NCBI GenBank assembly: GCA_043228905.1
Contig: JBHGNT010000014.1
Location: 6,386,001 to 6,450,000 of the forward strand
Direction of reading: 5' to 3'
DNA length: 64,000 bases
Source: Azolla caroliniana
Lineage: Eukaryota; Plantae; Polypodiophyta
Shown one piece after another: positions 51,940 to 64,000 of the stretch. Position 1 is the stretch's first letter. Every line of letters starts with the position of its first letter. A program made the translations under genes and the position numbers. The notes under the pieces were generated by a model. It searched no databases and was not told where the DNA came from. It saw nothing but the letters and a program-made list of their open reading frames with translations.

Positions 51940-54900
51940 ATAAGGAAGAAGAAGGAAAAGAAGACGAGGAACCTATATGTGTTGGGACACAAGCTGAGGG
52001 CGAGCTACAGGTGTATACAAGAAAGAGGAGGCAGAAAGAAGGAAATATGAACACGTATTCAGTGCCACTTGGGCCATCAAGCCTTGACTCTTGAAATACC
52101 TATAGATCTCCCAAACCCAGAAATCACAGGTGATATCTCCTTCTCCTATAGAGGTTAGGAGGACCTCTCGCAGTAATGCAGGAGTCCATCCTGATCGTTA
52201 TGGTTTTCCTCATGATATTGCTCAGTTTATCTCTTATTCTAACATATCAGCTACACATAGAGCATTCATTGCATCATTAGACTTTGTCACTTTACCCAAG
52301 TGTTGGCAGGTTGCTAAAGAAGATCCAAAATGGAAAGCAGCGGTGCAAGAAGAACTTGGAGCTCTTGAGAAGAACAAAACTTGGGAGATTGTGTCACTAC
52401 GACCAGGAAAGAAGGCGGTTCGGTGCAAATGGGCGTTTACAATAAAACAGACCCCAAAGGGAAAAATAGATCGATACATGGCACGATTGGTGGCTAAAGG
52501 ATATAGTCAGACATATGGCATTGACTAGGATGAGACTTTTGCACTTGTAGCGAAGATGAGCACTGTTAGAATGCTTAAAGATCGGAAATTACATCAATTA
52601 GATGTAAAAAATGCATTCCTTCATGGAGAGTTGATGGAGGAAGTATACCCGGATGTCCCCCCAAGTTTTGGTACAATTCAAACAACAGGTAAGGTTTGCA
52701 GACTAAGGAGGTCATTTTATGGACTAAACCAAACTCCTTGGGCTTGGTTCAACAGGTTAAGAAGGGCTATGGTGGGTATGGGATACCAATAGACGAATGC
52801 AGTCCATATAGTGTTTTTTCAACAACACAAGGAGCATACTACGTTACTTGCTGTGTATGTGGATGATATAATTATCATGGGTAACGATGAAGGAGAAACT
52901 GCGCAACTGAAGGTGAAATTGGGTAAAGAGTTTGACGTAAAGGATCTAGGATTGCTACGATACTTTCTTGGAATTGAGGTAGCTCATGGAGCAGAAGGAG
53001 TTGTTCTATCTCAGCAAAAATATGTATTAGATCTTCTCACAAAAACTGGAATGTTGGGTTGTAGGCCCGTAGCTTCTCCAATTGACCAAAAGATCAAGGT
53101 AACTGAACTTGTAGGAGACAAAATTGATTGTGAAAGGTATCAAAGATTGGTAGGTCGGCTGATTTATTTCACTCACACCTGTCCAGATATTTCATTTGCC
53201 GTAGTCATTTTACTTGTTACATCTGTGTTTTGGTTGCCTCTTCAATGGTAAAGCGGATTTCACTCTTTTCTTCATGTTGGTTTTGTCCAATGCACTCTTT
53301 GTATCATTGTCCTGACCCCTCTTCAATAGCCTCCATGTTGTTAGGAATCATGAGATTCCTTGGACTCTCCTTTTTTTTCATTTGCTTCTCTACTGGGGAG
53401 AGGGGTCACTATTAAACATGTATCTCTATCACGTCACTTTACAGAAGGTATTTTTCTTGAAGCCCTTTTGGTACATTTTTCACATACCAAAAGGTGCCAT
53501 GTGAAGGAGATATTTATATGACTGAAACAGAAAATAATATGTTAGGCAACGGAAATTTTGCAAGAAAAAGGGTTTTAAACTAGGTCTTGAACACTTGTGA
53601 TATAGAGGGTCTTAAGACATATGTTTGTGTTGAGTGACAAGCTCAACATGGGCCGAATCGGCTAAAGGCCAAAAGGCTGAGTCGGCAGAAGAAGCCGTCA
53701 AGCTGTTAGGGCCTATATTCCTATTCTTCGTAATAGGAATATTATAGGCAATTAGTGTCGGATGCTCACTTATGAGCATTCAAGTACTTGTCAATACTTG
53801 TGTCAGCCCAGAATGGCTTGTATAAAAAGTGATGTATGAGCACATTGTATGTATAGAGTATTATCATTTTGAATTGAATATGTTGACTGCTAACTCTGTC
53901 TCTCTCTCATATTGTCTACTCCATTCATTATGTATACCTAACAGTGTACTGTTGTCTGGCTGAGCCGGCATGTATAATTTGTTCACAAGATTCCGCATAC
54001 AAACTCACATGGTATTAGAGCGCGAGGATTGAGAAGAATCCTTTGCAGCCGACAAGCGTTTCAGCATGGACAAGCTTCTAACATCCAGACAAAAAGTTGA
54101 CAGGAACATGGACAAAGCAATGGGAAGTTCCTTGCCGATAGAGAAACTTGACGGGAACAACTACACATCTTGGGGGTACAAGATGCACCAGTACCTACGA
54201 GGACATGGGTATTGGAGTTATGTAGATGGTGGAAATGATGAAGCTCCGAAGTTGACACAAAGAGAAAATGCTAAGCTACATCAACGATGCGAAGTCGCTG
54301 AAGGAAGTTTGGGAGAACCTGAAGAAGATCTTTGGTGCAAGCACCACAGCCTGGAAGTTGCAACTCCAACAAGAGCTCAACAATGTCTGACAGGCAGGCA
54401 TGTTGGTCACTGACTACGCCACCAAGATCAAAGAGATATGTGATTTGTTGGGATCCATCAACGTTTCGGTAGACGAAGACAAGATTTTGGTGCATCAAAT
54501 CATATGACAAACCGTAAGGAATGGTTCTCAACCTTGAAGAAGCCGGAGCAGCCAAGTGTCGTCGAGACCGGCGACGACACCCCTCACCCCATTGAACATA
54601 TCGGTGATTTCCCTTTGCGCCATGTCAGCCAAAGAGGAATCATGAGGAACCTCTTGCATGTGCTGATGATCACCAAGAATTTGGTGTCAGTTGGACAGAT
54701 TGTTGATCAAGGAATGGAGGTCCGATTCACTCATCACAGGTGCTTCATCGAGGACGAAGGCCGGATCATTGCGCAAGGGCATAGAGAAGGGAGGATGTTC
54801 ATCCTCAAAACAAACGACGTTGGTGCCGCTATGCTCACCAAAGGACAAAAGATCGAACTGGACATTGACCTCTGGCATAAGTGGAGTCAACTTTCTGCAG

Positions 54901-57105
54901 CTTTAAGAGATGTAGAGGAAGAATATTGTTTTCGGCGTGCCAAATTTTAGTGGCCGGGAGGCCCAAGTTTGCGAAGCTTGCCAACTTCGGAAGCGACACT
55001 GGCTTCCTTTCCCCAACGAGCGCAATCAGAGCCGAAATAAGCTCGATTTGATTCATTTGGATGTGTGGGGACCAACACAGAACGTTAGTATTGGTGGGAG
55101 TCGATATTTTGTCTCCTTCATCGACGACTATACCCGGCACTACTGGATCTACCTCATAGAGAAGAAGAGCAATGTCTTATCTTGTTTCCGGCATCTAAAG
55201 AACTTGATTGAGAGGGAAACAGGGAGGAAGATCAAGTGCATGCGGTTCGATGGCGGAAAGGAATATTTTTCTGGCCAATTCAATTGTTATCTGCTGCAAG
55301 GGGGGAATTAGGCGCGAATTCTCTTGCAAATACACGCCGGAGCACAACGGCGTGGCCAAAAGGAGGAACCGAATGATCGTGGAAGCGCCAAGGGCAATGC
55401 TCGAGGAGAGGAGCATGCTGAAATTTTATTGGGCCAAAGCCGTTCGGATAGTTGTGTACATCCAGAATCAGATCTCTGCACACGAAGGGAAGGTGTCGCC
55501 GCATGAGCTATATTTTGGTGGAAGCCAAATTTGGCGCACCTGAGGGTGTTCGACAGTATAGCATATGTGCATGTGTTGGACGAGAAGTAGAAGAAGTTGG
55601 ACGCCAAGGCCGAGAAATGTAACTTCATCGGCTATTCACACGAGCAAAAGGGTTATAAATGTTATAGCCCCCGGACAAAACATGTACGAATTAGTTGCAA
55701 TGTCATGTTCGACAAATCGGCTTCCCGGTATTCACTTTCGGCTACTCCAACCCTAGAAAACTCCGTGCCAAACTTTGAGGATGAGGCCAGTGATGCCGAC
55801 ACAATCGTAGAAGAAAAAATCGGCACTCAAGATGAGAGTTCGATTGCGTTTCAGCTAAGTGGGCCAATGGAAGAGTTGAGCTGAAACGGCGTGCGATGAA
55901 GACTTGGTTGTGCAATCCCTATGGATGAAACCGAAGAGATGGCTCACACACAAGGAAAAGGGGAAGAAGAAGATGCTAGAGCATGGCACAAATGAATGCA
56001 TGTCAGATCAAAGTGAGTCCAACGGAATTGTGACGGAATTGTGAGCGATGGCAGACCTCAAGAGGTGAGGTCAGATTCGGCCAGGAGGGCCTTGAAATTG
56101 GCTAATGAGAAATTACACCGATCGACTCACCACAAGAACCCCATGATTCGATATGGATACGACGAGTACATGGCGCACCACTATGCGTACATGGCTAAGG
56201 TGGCCAAAGTCTGCGAACCAGAGAGCTACGCGGAGGCATCACAATATGCCAAATGGAAATCGGCAATGGAGGAAGAGATGAAAGCATGGGCTGAAAATGA
56301 GATTTGGAACCTGGTTGATTTCCCGAAAAGAGTCAAGCCGATCGGATACAGATGGTTATTTAAGGTGAAATACAATGCCGACGACAATGTCAACAGGGAT
56401 AAGGCCCTATTGGTGGCCAAGGACTATGCACAAACACACGGCATTGATTATGACGAGACCTTCGTGCCAGTAGCGAGGATGACTACAGTGCGTGTGGTGC
56501 CAGCCTTCGCAGCAGCAAAGGGGTGGCATTTACATCAAATGGATGTAAAGAACGCAATCTTGCAAGGAGACCTTGAAGAGCAGGTTTATATGGTTCAGCC
56601 CCCCGGATTTCAATCGGCGATGAACAAATCGGCAGCCTGCCGGCTGAGGAAGTCCCTTTACGGACTGAAGCAAGCACATACTACTTGGAACGCAAAGATT
56701 ACACAATGGATGCGTAAGATGGGGTTTCAGCCGTCCAAATCGGACACATCCTTGTTCATCCGGCAAGGTCAAAACGGGCCGGTGTGCATATTGCTATATG
56801 TGGATGACCTTGTCATCGTCGGCGCCAACCTTGAAGAAATTAGCCACGTTAAGTCTCAATTGTCGGCAACCTTTGAAATGAAGGATCTAGGGGTGTAGAA
56901 AATACAAGGATCTTAGACTAACTCCCACACAGTGAGATCACTTAGAAGACTTAAGGAAATATCAGTAGATTAAGAAAAACTAGAGCAAATTACAAAGATG
57001 TAGCATGGCTTATATAACCAATATCTACAAGTAGGAGGAAACCCAACGGTTACTTAATTGGGTTCACACTATTGTAACTATGTTCACACGTAACAGTTAC
57101 TTAAC

Positions 57106-60100
57106 TGTTGGGAGTAAAGGGACATCGTGCCTTTTATTAGTGCACGAGTGTGAACGCACTCGTAGCACACTTTTGACTTGTATATACATAATATCTAAAA
57201 ACTAAAAAAGAGGTACACTCTTTGTACCCAAGACAACATGCATCTCTCTCTCTCCCTTTGTCTCTCACTCAGACTCTCTCCCTCTCTGTTTTTGACCTAA
57301 ACCCTAATCCTCGTGCTGCCTTCAAACTGGTATCAGAGCAGAGTTTAGGGTTTTCTACAGAGCAAAATTTAGGGTTTTCTGCAGAGCAGAGTTTAGGGTT
57401 TTCTACAGAGCAGAGTTTAGGGTTTTCTACAGAGCAGAGTTTAGGGTTTTCTGCAGAGCAGGTCACGTTTTCTGCAGAGCAAGTTTGGTCCTCCATTTGG
57501 GCTAAGAAATCATGACTAGCAACAGTGATAGTAGCCACCTTATGCACATCAAGAAGCTTGAGGGTGCATGCACATAACTTTGCAGTTTGGAAAAATAAGT
57601 GCTACAACATCTTGCCGCAGAAGAACCATGCAAAGCCTATTAAAGTCACAGGGGTAAAGCTTACAAATATGGACCAAGATGATTGGCAAGAGTTGAATGA
57701 GCGTGCACACTCGACTATTGAGTTGTCGATTTCTGATGCCTTGTTTAATATTGAAGGTTTGGATTGTGCCTATTTTATATGGACTAGACTAGAGGAACTG
57801 TATACCCAGAAGACGGCAGCTAGCAAAGTTTATTGGCTTAAAAAACTTATGGATTTGCATATAACAAAGGGCACACCCATTTCAACTCACCTAAGTGAGT
57901 TCAATTCCATTTTCAGCCAGCTAGTTGCCTTGAAAATTCATCATTGATGATGAGTTTAAGGCCACGTTTTTACATTGCACCTTGCTAGAAAGTTGGGATA
58001 CTTTCAGGATTGCTATGAGCAATTCAAATGCAATGCTTCTTTATGCCGATGTAGAGAGTTCTCTACTCATGGAAAAGATGAGTCGGCAAAACAATGCATC
58101 CAATAAGTCCTCTAGTGTGTTGCATATGAGGGGTAGGTCACAACAGAGAGGCAAATTTGATAGTTATGGCCATAGTAAATCACATGGTAAAGATATAGAA
58201 TGCCATCACTGTGGCAAAAACGGTCACTTTAAACGTGATTGTTTCAAATGGAAGAAAGAGAAATTAAAGGGCAAGAAAATAGATGATTTCATAGAAGAAA
58301 AGAGAGACATTCAACCGAGGAAAGGCAATAATAAAATTGAAGAGGTGAATGTAGTCACTCATGATAGTGATAGTGGAAATGATGTACTCTTTGTTTCATC
58401 ATGCCATAGAGAACATGCTTTACTTGCAAATACGGATGGTGACATGCAGGCTTAGATACTCGATTCCGGTGCTTCGTTTCACGTCACCCCTCATCGTGAG
58501 TGGTTTTTTCAGATTACACAGGGGGTCGACATGGTGTTGTCCATCTTGGGGACAACTATGCATGTGAAATTGCAGGTATTGGCACTGTGCAATTACAGTT
58601 TCAGCATGGTTCTGCTTTCACACTTGAGCATGTACAATGTACCTCAGCTCAAGAAGAGCTGATTAGCACAGGACAGCTAGATGATGATGGATTTCACACA
58701 ACCTTTGGTGATGGGAAATGGAAGATTTGTAAGAGATCTAGAGTTATTGCCAAGGGTAGTAAAAGTGATACTTTGTATCCTCTCCATGTATCTAGTGTGA
58801 GTGACCATGTTCTTGCCATAACCAAGCAGCCTAGTGTTTCTTTGTGGCATGGCCGGTTGGGACACATGAGTGAAACTGGTATGAAAGTATTGTCTCGTTT
58901 GGGTTACTTGCCATGTCTTTGTTATGCTGATTTTGAACATTGTGATCATTGCATTTATGGTAAACATGTACAAACATCTCATAAATAGTCTCTTTCACTG
59001 AAGTCGTCCATGCTTGAGTTAGTACATTCAGATGTATGTCAGATGCCAGGGATATCATTAGGGGGAAAGAAATACTTAGTCACTTTTGTCGATGATGCTA
59101 CGCGGAAGGTATGGGTTTACCCTATTCGTAGCAAGGATGAAGTGCTCGACAAGTTTCGAACATTTTTGGCATTAGTTGAGAAATTGATAAGACACTTAAG
59201 TGTCTTCGCTCTGACAATGGTGGGGAATATGTGTCCAAGGCCTTTCAAGCATTTTGTGACAGCAAAGGGATAAAGAGGGAACTCACTGCCCCTTATAATC
59301 CACCCCAAAATGGAGTTGCAGAGTGTATGAATCGGACTATTCAAGATAAGGTCCGTGCTATGCTGTCTCATGCTGCGTTACCCCATGGTTTTTGGGCAGA
59401 GGCTGTTATGACAGCTGTTCACTTGATTAATCGGTCACCTAACAGGTCTTTGGGAGGGGGAATACCCCAAGAAGCGTGGTCGGGCAAGCCACCTTCATAT
59501 GCTCACTTGAGAGTGTTTGGCTGTGAGGCTTTTGTGCACATTCGTAAAGAAGAACGCAACAAACTTGAGCCAAAGTCCTGCAAATGTATTTTCCTAGGAT
59601 ACGGTGACGAGGGTGAAATGGGGTATAGATTGTGGGATCCCGAGAAAAGAAAAATAGTATGCAGCAATGATGTTATCTTCCGGGAAAATTGCATGCATAA
59701 ACAACCCAAAAAGACCGAGGAAGTACGTAGGGTTGTATTCCGAGAAGAAATACCTTTTAGACAGAAAAATGTGCCCGCTGTACAGCAGCAAACACCTGCT
59801 GTAAACTTACCTGCAAATGCAGAAAATGAGGCTGGAAATGATCAGCCAGCCTTTGCCAATAATGATGAGCCACCAAATGTGCAGGAACAGCTAGAACAGC
59901 AAGGTGTTAATGCTGATTTGCAGGCTGAAATGCCTGGACAGCAAGTTGAAAATGATGATTTGCAGGCTCAACAGCTACCAAACAATGAGCATTGGGTTAG
60001 GAGATCGTCTAGAGTTACTAGACAGCCTGACAGATTTGTTCCTGATGCAAACAATGTGGCTGATTATGTCATGGTAACTGATTGTGGCGAACCGACTTGC

Positions 60101-61939
60101 TTCAAGGAAGCAATGGACAGACAGGACAATAAGAAAGGGTATAAAGCCATGTTGTCAGAGATGGAATCTCTTGAAAAAAATGACACTTAGGATTTGGTGC
60201 AATTTGCCTAAAGGGCAGAAAACACTTCCATGCAAATGGGTTTATAAAATGAAGGTCATTTCTGATTCCTCACCATAGTACAAAGCAAGATTGGTTGCAA
60301 ATGGATACAAGCAGGAATATGGAGTTGATTTTGATGAGATCTTCTCGCCTGTAGTCAAGATGACTACATTAAGAATCATTTTGGGCTTAGTTGCAGCTGA
60401 AGATATGGAGCTCATACAGATGGATGTGAAGACCGCCTTTTTACATAGCGATCTGCATGAAGACATATATATGCAGCAGCCTGAAGGTTTTGTTGCTAAA
60501 GGCAAAGAGAAGATGGTTTGTAAGCTCAAAAGGAGTTTGTATGGGTTGAAACAAGCACCAAGAGAATGGTATCATAAATTTGATGCATTTATGCAGTCTC
60601 AAGGTTTTCGTAGAAGTCAAGTGGACCACTGCTTGTACACCAAGAAGGCAGGAGATGGCAGCCTGATTATCTTGGTTTTGTATGTTGATGATATGTTGAT
60701 TGTTGGCAAGGATGTTCATGCCTTGAATTCATTGAAGCAGAGCCTTCATGGCAGCTTTGATATGAAGGATCTTGGTGATGCAAATCACATCCTTGGCATG
60801 CGAATACTCCGAAACCGGTCGGAAGGGGTACTCTTTCTATCTCAGCAGGAGTATATCTCCAAGGTTTTGAAGTGTTTCAATATGGAGGGGGGGAAAACAA
60901 TTGGGGTTCCATTGCCTCCATAGTTGAAACTCAGTGCAGAAGACAGCCCTACATCTGATGATGAGAAGGCTGAAATGGCTAAGGTTCCATATGCTTCAGC
61001 CGTTGGCAGTTTGATATATGTGACGGTTGCTACACGCCCTGATATTGCCTTTGCAGTGGGAGTGGTTAGTAGGTACATGAAAAATCCCGGCAAAGAGCAT
61101 TGGGAAGCGATCAAAAGGTATTATGAGATACCTCAAAGGCACAAAGGACTTGGGCATTTGCTTTGGAAAGCAAAAGGCATCTGTCGTTGGTTTTACGGAT
61201 GCGGACTATGCTGGTCACGCAGACTGCAGGAAGTCTACTTCTGGGTATGTGTTTACTTTCACAGGAGGAGCGGTTTCTTGGATCTCCAGACTACAAAAGT
61301 GTGTTGCATTGTCTACTACAGAGGCAGAGTATGTTGCTGCCACTGAGGCATGCAAAGAGGCTTTATGGCCTTCATATCTAATGAGAGATCTTGGCATTAC
61401 AGAGTTACCTATTCTTCATTGTGACAGCCAGAGTGCTATCATGCTAGCTCGGAATCTCGCCTTTCATGCAAAGATGAAGCACATAGAGGTGAAGTATCAC
61501 TTCATCAGAGATGTACTTGACAGCAAGAACATTGAGCTTGTCAAAGTACATTCGTGAGAATATCTGATCCTGCAGATCTTCTCACGAAGTGTCTTCCAGC
61601 TGAGCGATTTGCTCATTGCCGACAGACGATGGGAGTTGGATAGATGTATGTAGTTCAGCTTTGTACATACTTAGACTTAGCTGACTTTCGTCTTCTTTTT
61701 TCTTCTCACGACACATTGCCTTTAGGTGGGAGGTTGTTGGGAATAAAGGGCCATCGTGCCTTGTGTGAACGCACTCGTAGCACACTTTTGACTTGTATAT
61801 ACATAATATCTAAAAACCAAAAAAGAGGTACACTCTTTGTACCCAAGACAGCAGGCATCTCTCTCTCTCCCTTTGTCTCTCACTCAAACTCTCTCCCTCT
61901 CTGTTTTTGACCTAAACCCTAATCCTCATGCTGCCTTCA
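57106..61939 (+). mobile_element. Ty1/Copia element E (Tnt1/Tork-like), structurally full-length with stops and frameshifts, nested in the LTR of D
   Basis: TSD TTAAC at 57101-05 and 61940-44. LTRs 57106-57324 and 61735-61939; PBS 57328-39; PPT before 61735. gag CHHCGKNGHFKRDC, integrase, RT YVDD and RNase H FTDADYAG. Confidence 0.95.
57334..57482 (+). repeat. 24-bp tandem repeat in the leader of element E containing TTTAGGG
   Basis: Five copies of CAGAGCAGAGTTTAGGGTTTTCT(A/G) plus a degenerate sixth. Confidence 0.95.
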
Positions 61940-64000
61940 TTAACTAGGTTCATACTATTCTAAGTATGTTCACACCCAACAACTACTTAACTAGGTTCCC
62001 ACCAAAGCTTTCATAAGTTACACATTAAGTGTAACAAACCCCCTTGTATTGAATGGTGTGAACTTGAATGTCATCACTATCCAGGTGTTGGAAGAATGCC
62101 CAATTCCTTGCGAAAATATTCAAACGTTTCTCGTGATAAGCCTTGGTGAAAATGTTAGCAACATTTTCATGAGTTGGTACATAGACCAAGTTTATCTCTT
62201 TAGCATGGAACTGCTCCCCCACATAATGATAGTGCACCTCAATGTGTTTTGTTCGTGCATGGAAGATAGGATTTCTTGCAATATCCATGGCACTTTGACT
62301 ATCTGTAAATATACAAGTAGGAGATGGTTGCTGAAGTGACAAATTGGACAATAATCTCTTGAGCCAAACTCACTCTACTGTAGCACTGAATGCTGCTCTA
62401 CAACTTGATGTTGCCACTGTTGGCTGTTTCTTGCTGAGCCAGGAAACATAGGAATTGTTGATCATGAAACAATTGCCACTATGTGAGACACGAGTGTTGT
62501 AGCAGCCAGCCCAATCACTATCAGTGAATGTTGTTAAAGTAGATGAATTGTCTTCTCCATAGAAGAGGCTGAAATCCACAATGCCTTTGAGGTAACGGAA
62601 AACTCACTTGGCTGCTTGCCAATGCTTTGTTCTAGGGTTGTGCATAAACCTGCTTAATTGTGAAACGGCATATTGAATGTCAGGTCACGTGTTGCACAAA
62701 AATATCAAACAACCTACACCTTGCTGGTATAAGAGTACATCAATTGGTTCTACTTTGTCTTGGTATGAGAATTTGAATCTTGCTTCTACAAGGGTGGAGA
62801 TTGGCTTGCACTCGTCAAACCTGAATCGTTGTAGGAGCTTCTCTTCAAACCTATATTCACACCTAACAGTTACTTAACTAGGTTCATACTATTCTAAGTA
62901 TGTTTACACCCAACAACTACTTAACTAGGTTCACACTATTTTAACTATGTTTACACCCAACGACTACTTAACTAGGTTCACACGAAAGCTTTCATAAGTT
63001 ACACATTCAGTGTAACATGGGGGACCTTCATTACTTCCTCAGGATCAAAGTGATCCAAACCTCCGACAACATATTGATAAGCCAAAGACATTATGTGCTG
63101 AATATGCTGTTCAAATTCGGCATGATTGACTGTTGATCCGTCTCAACTTCTCTGGACAGAAATGTCAAGCTTCGCCACAATTCCACCTCAGCATGCGACG
63201 AGACACGGTTCCGAAAAATTGTCAGAAGCCTAATTTATTTGACGATCACCCAGCCGAATCTTAGTTATCCAATCGGGCTGATCAGTTGATTTATGTCCAA
63301 GCTGACGGCCGATCACCTTCAGTGCGTGCATCGGATATTGAGGTATGTTAGCAGCTCTAAAGACCGTGCATTGCTGTATCGGACTGGTGTAGCCGAACAA
63401 CTAGTTGGTTACACGGATGCCGATTGGGCCGGAAATGTCGGTGATCGCCAATCGACATTGGGATATGCGTTCTCATGGGGACAGCTGAATGAGCTGAGAG
63501 AATGGAAGGGAGCAAATTGACTAAGGGGAGACCAGTCGACAAGGGGAGCAACGGAGAGGACGAGCCGGAGCCAACCGAAGGCAAGAGGAGAGCTGATGGT
63601 GAAGACGAATCGGAGACAACTATTTGGATGAAGGAAATGATTCGGTCGAGCCGAATCATGTGAGTGCCGAACGGATGAGAAGGCAGCCGAAACTGACGCC
63701 GAGAAGCAGAAGCCGACGAGTTAAAGGACGCTAAAGTCGTAGAAGCAAGAAGAAAACTGACGAACGTCTTGGGAGCAAACAAGAGCAAGACCGAATGGGT
63801 CAAGGAGCACAGGACCGAACGTGTCAAGGAGAGCGGGATCGAACGGGTCGTGGAGCACGGGCCAAAAGGCATGCAGCCAGGAGAAGCTGGAGCAAAGGAC
63901 CGGCTAGAGTTGACGGTGACCTCAAGTTGAGCTTGAGGGGGAGTGTTGACTGACAAGCTCAACATGGGCTGAATAGGCTAAAGGCCAAAAGGCCGAATCG

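Larger units (their letters stand above)
43321..53203 (+). mobile_element. Ty1/Copia element A (Ale-like), degenerate, 3'-truncated, host to element B and a solo LTR
   Basis: 5' LTR about 43321-43648 (start uncertain); PBS TGGTATCAGAGC 43652. gag KLDGPATYLSWS and CYNCGEAGHLKNAC; integrase LRSDNGTEY and QNGVAERKNR; RT ARLVAKGYSQ, LDVKNAFLHG and YVDD. Breaks off at about 53203. Confidence 0.9.
56894..63017 (-). mobile_element. Ty1/Copia element D, internally deleted (RT end and RNase H only), nested in the RT of C
   Basis: TG...CA ends; TSD AGGGG/TGGGG. 3' LTR 56894-57105 plus 61945-62036, split by E; PPT 62037-45; FTDSDWAG and [13 protein letters not shown] in 62050-62850; 5' LTR remnant about 62850-63017 with ~44-bp tandem repeats. 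Confidence 0.85.
53628..64000 (+). mobile_element. Ty1/Copia element C, degenerate, host to D and E; 3' LTR runs off the window
   Basis: 5' LTR 53628-about 54009; PBS TGGTATTAGAGC 54010. gag, integrase and RT fragments 54066-56893; RT resumes at 63018 (MKDLG|DLHYFL). PPT GAGGGGGAG 63935-43; 3' LTR from 63944 matches the 5' LTR. Confidence 0.92.

Noticed and set aside
53204-53627. Sequence between elements A and C as the 3' LTR of A
   Set aside because: No similarity to 43321-43648 and no PPT; unidentified fragment.
57222-57547. ORFs with (EQSLGFS)n / (CSVENPKL)n repeats, and a possible CRISPR-like or telomeric array
   Set aside because: A 24-bp tandem repeat with no spacers in a retroelement leader; TTTAGGG units are not contiguous.
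63357-63965. 202-aa antisense ORF near the 3' end of element C
   Set aside because: Low-complexity S/L/P translation of a purine-rich repetitive 3' region; no start context or env-like features.

Overview
Land-plant nuclear DNA, probably a fern (inferred from the divergent HD-ZIP III paralogue, microsatellite density and TE types; not provable here). Two intact, convergent, miRNA-targeted transcription-factor genes are present: NF-YA (+, 12367-15596, 6 coding exons, miR169-type site in the 3' UTR) and a divergent class III HD-ZIP (-, 25686-19687, 18 exons, miR165/166 site split by intron 4). The left end holds two inverted decayed copies of one LINE family, both abutting (CT)n tracts, plus LTR and Gypsy remnants. 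About 28-43 kb is AT-rich decayed intergenic DNA with a hAT MITE. 43.3-64 kb is a nest of five Ty1/Copia elements and a solo LTR, most with readable TSDs. The most unusual signals are (i) complementarity between the LINE 5' and 3' termini with apparent (CT)n targeting, and (ii) a stem enclosing the PPT/U3 junction in four Copia elements of unrelated sequence. All coordinates and exon models were read by hand; no searches were run.
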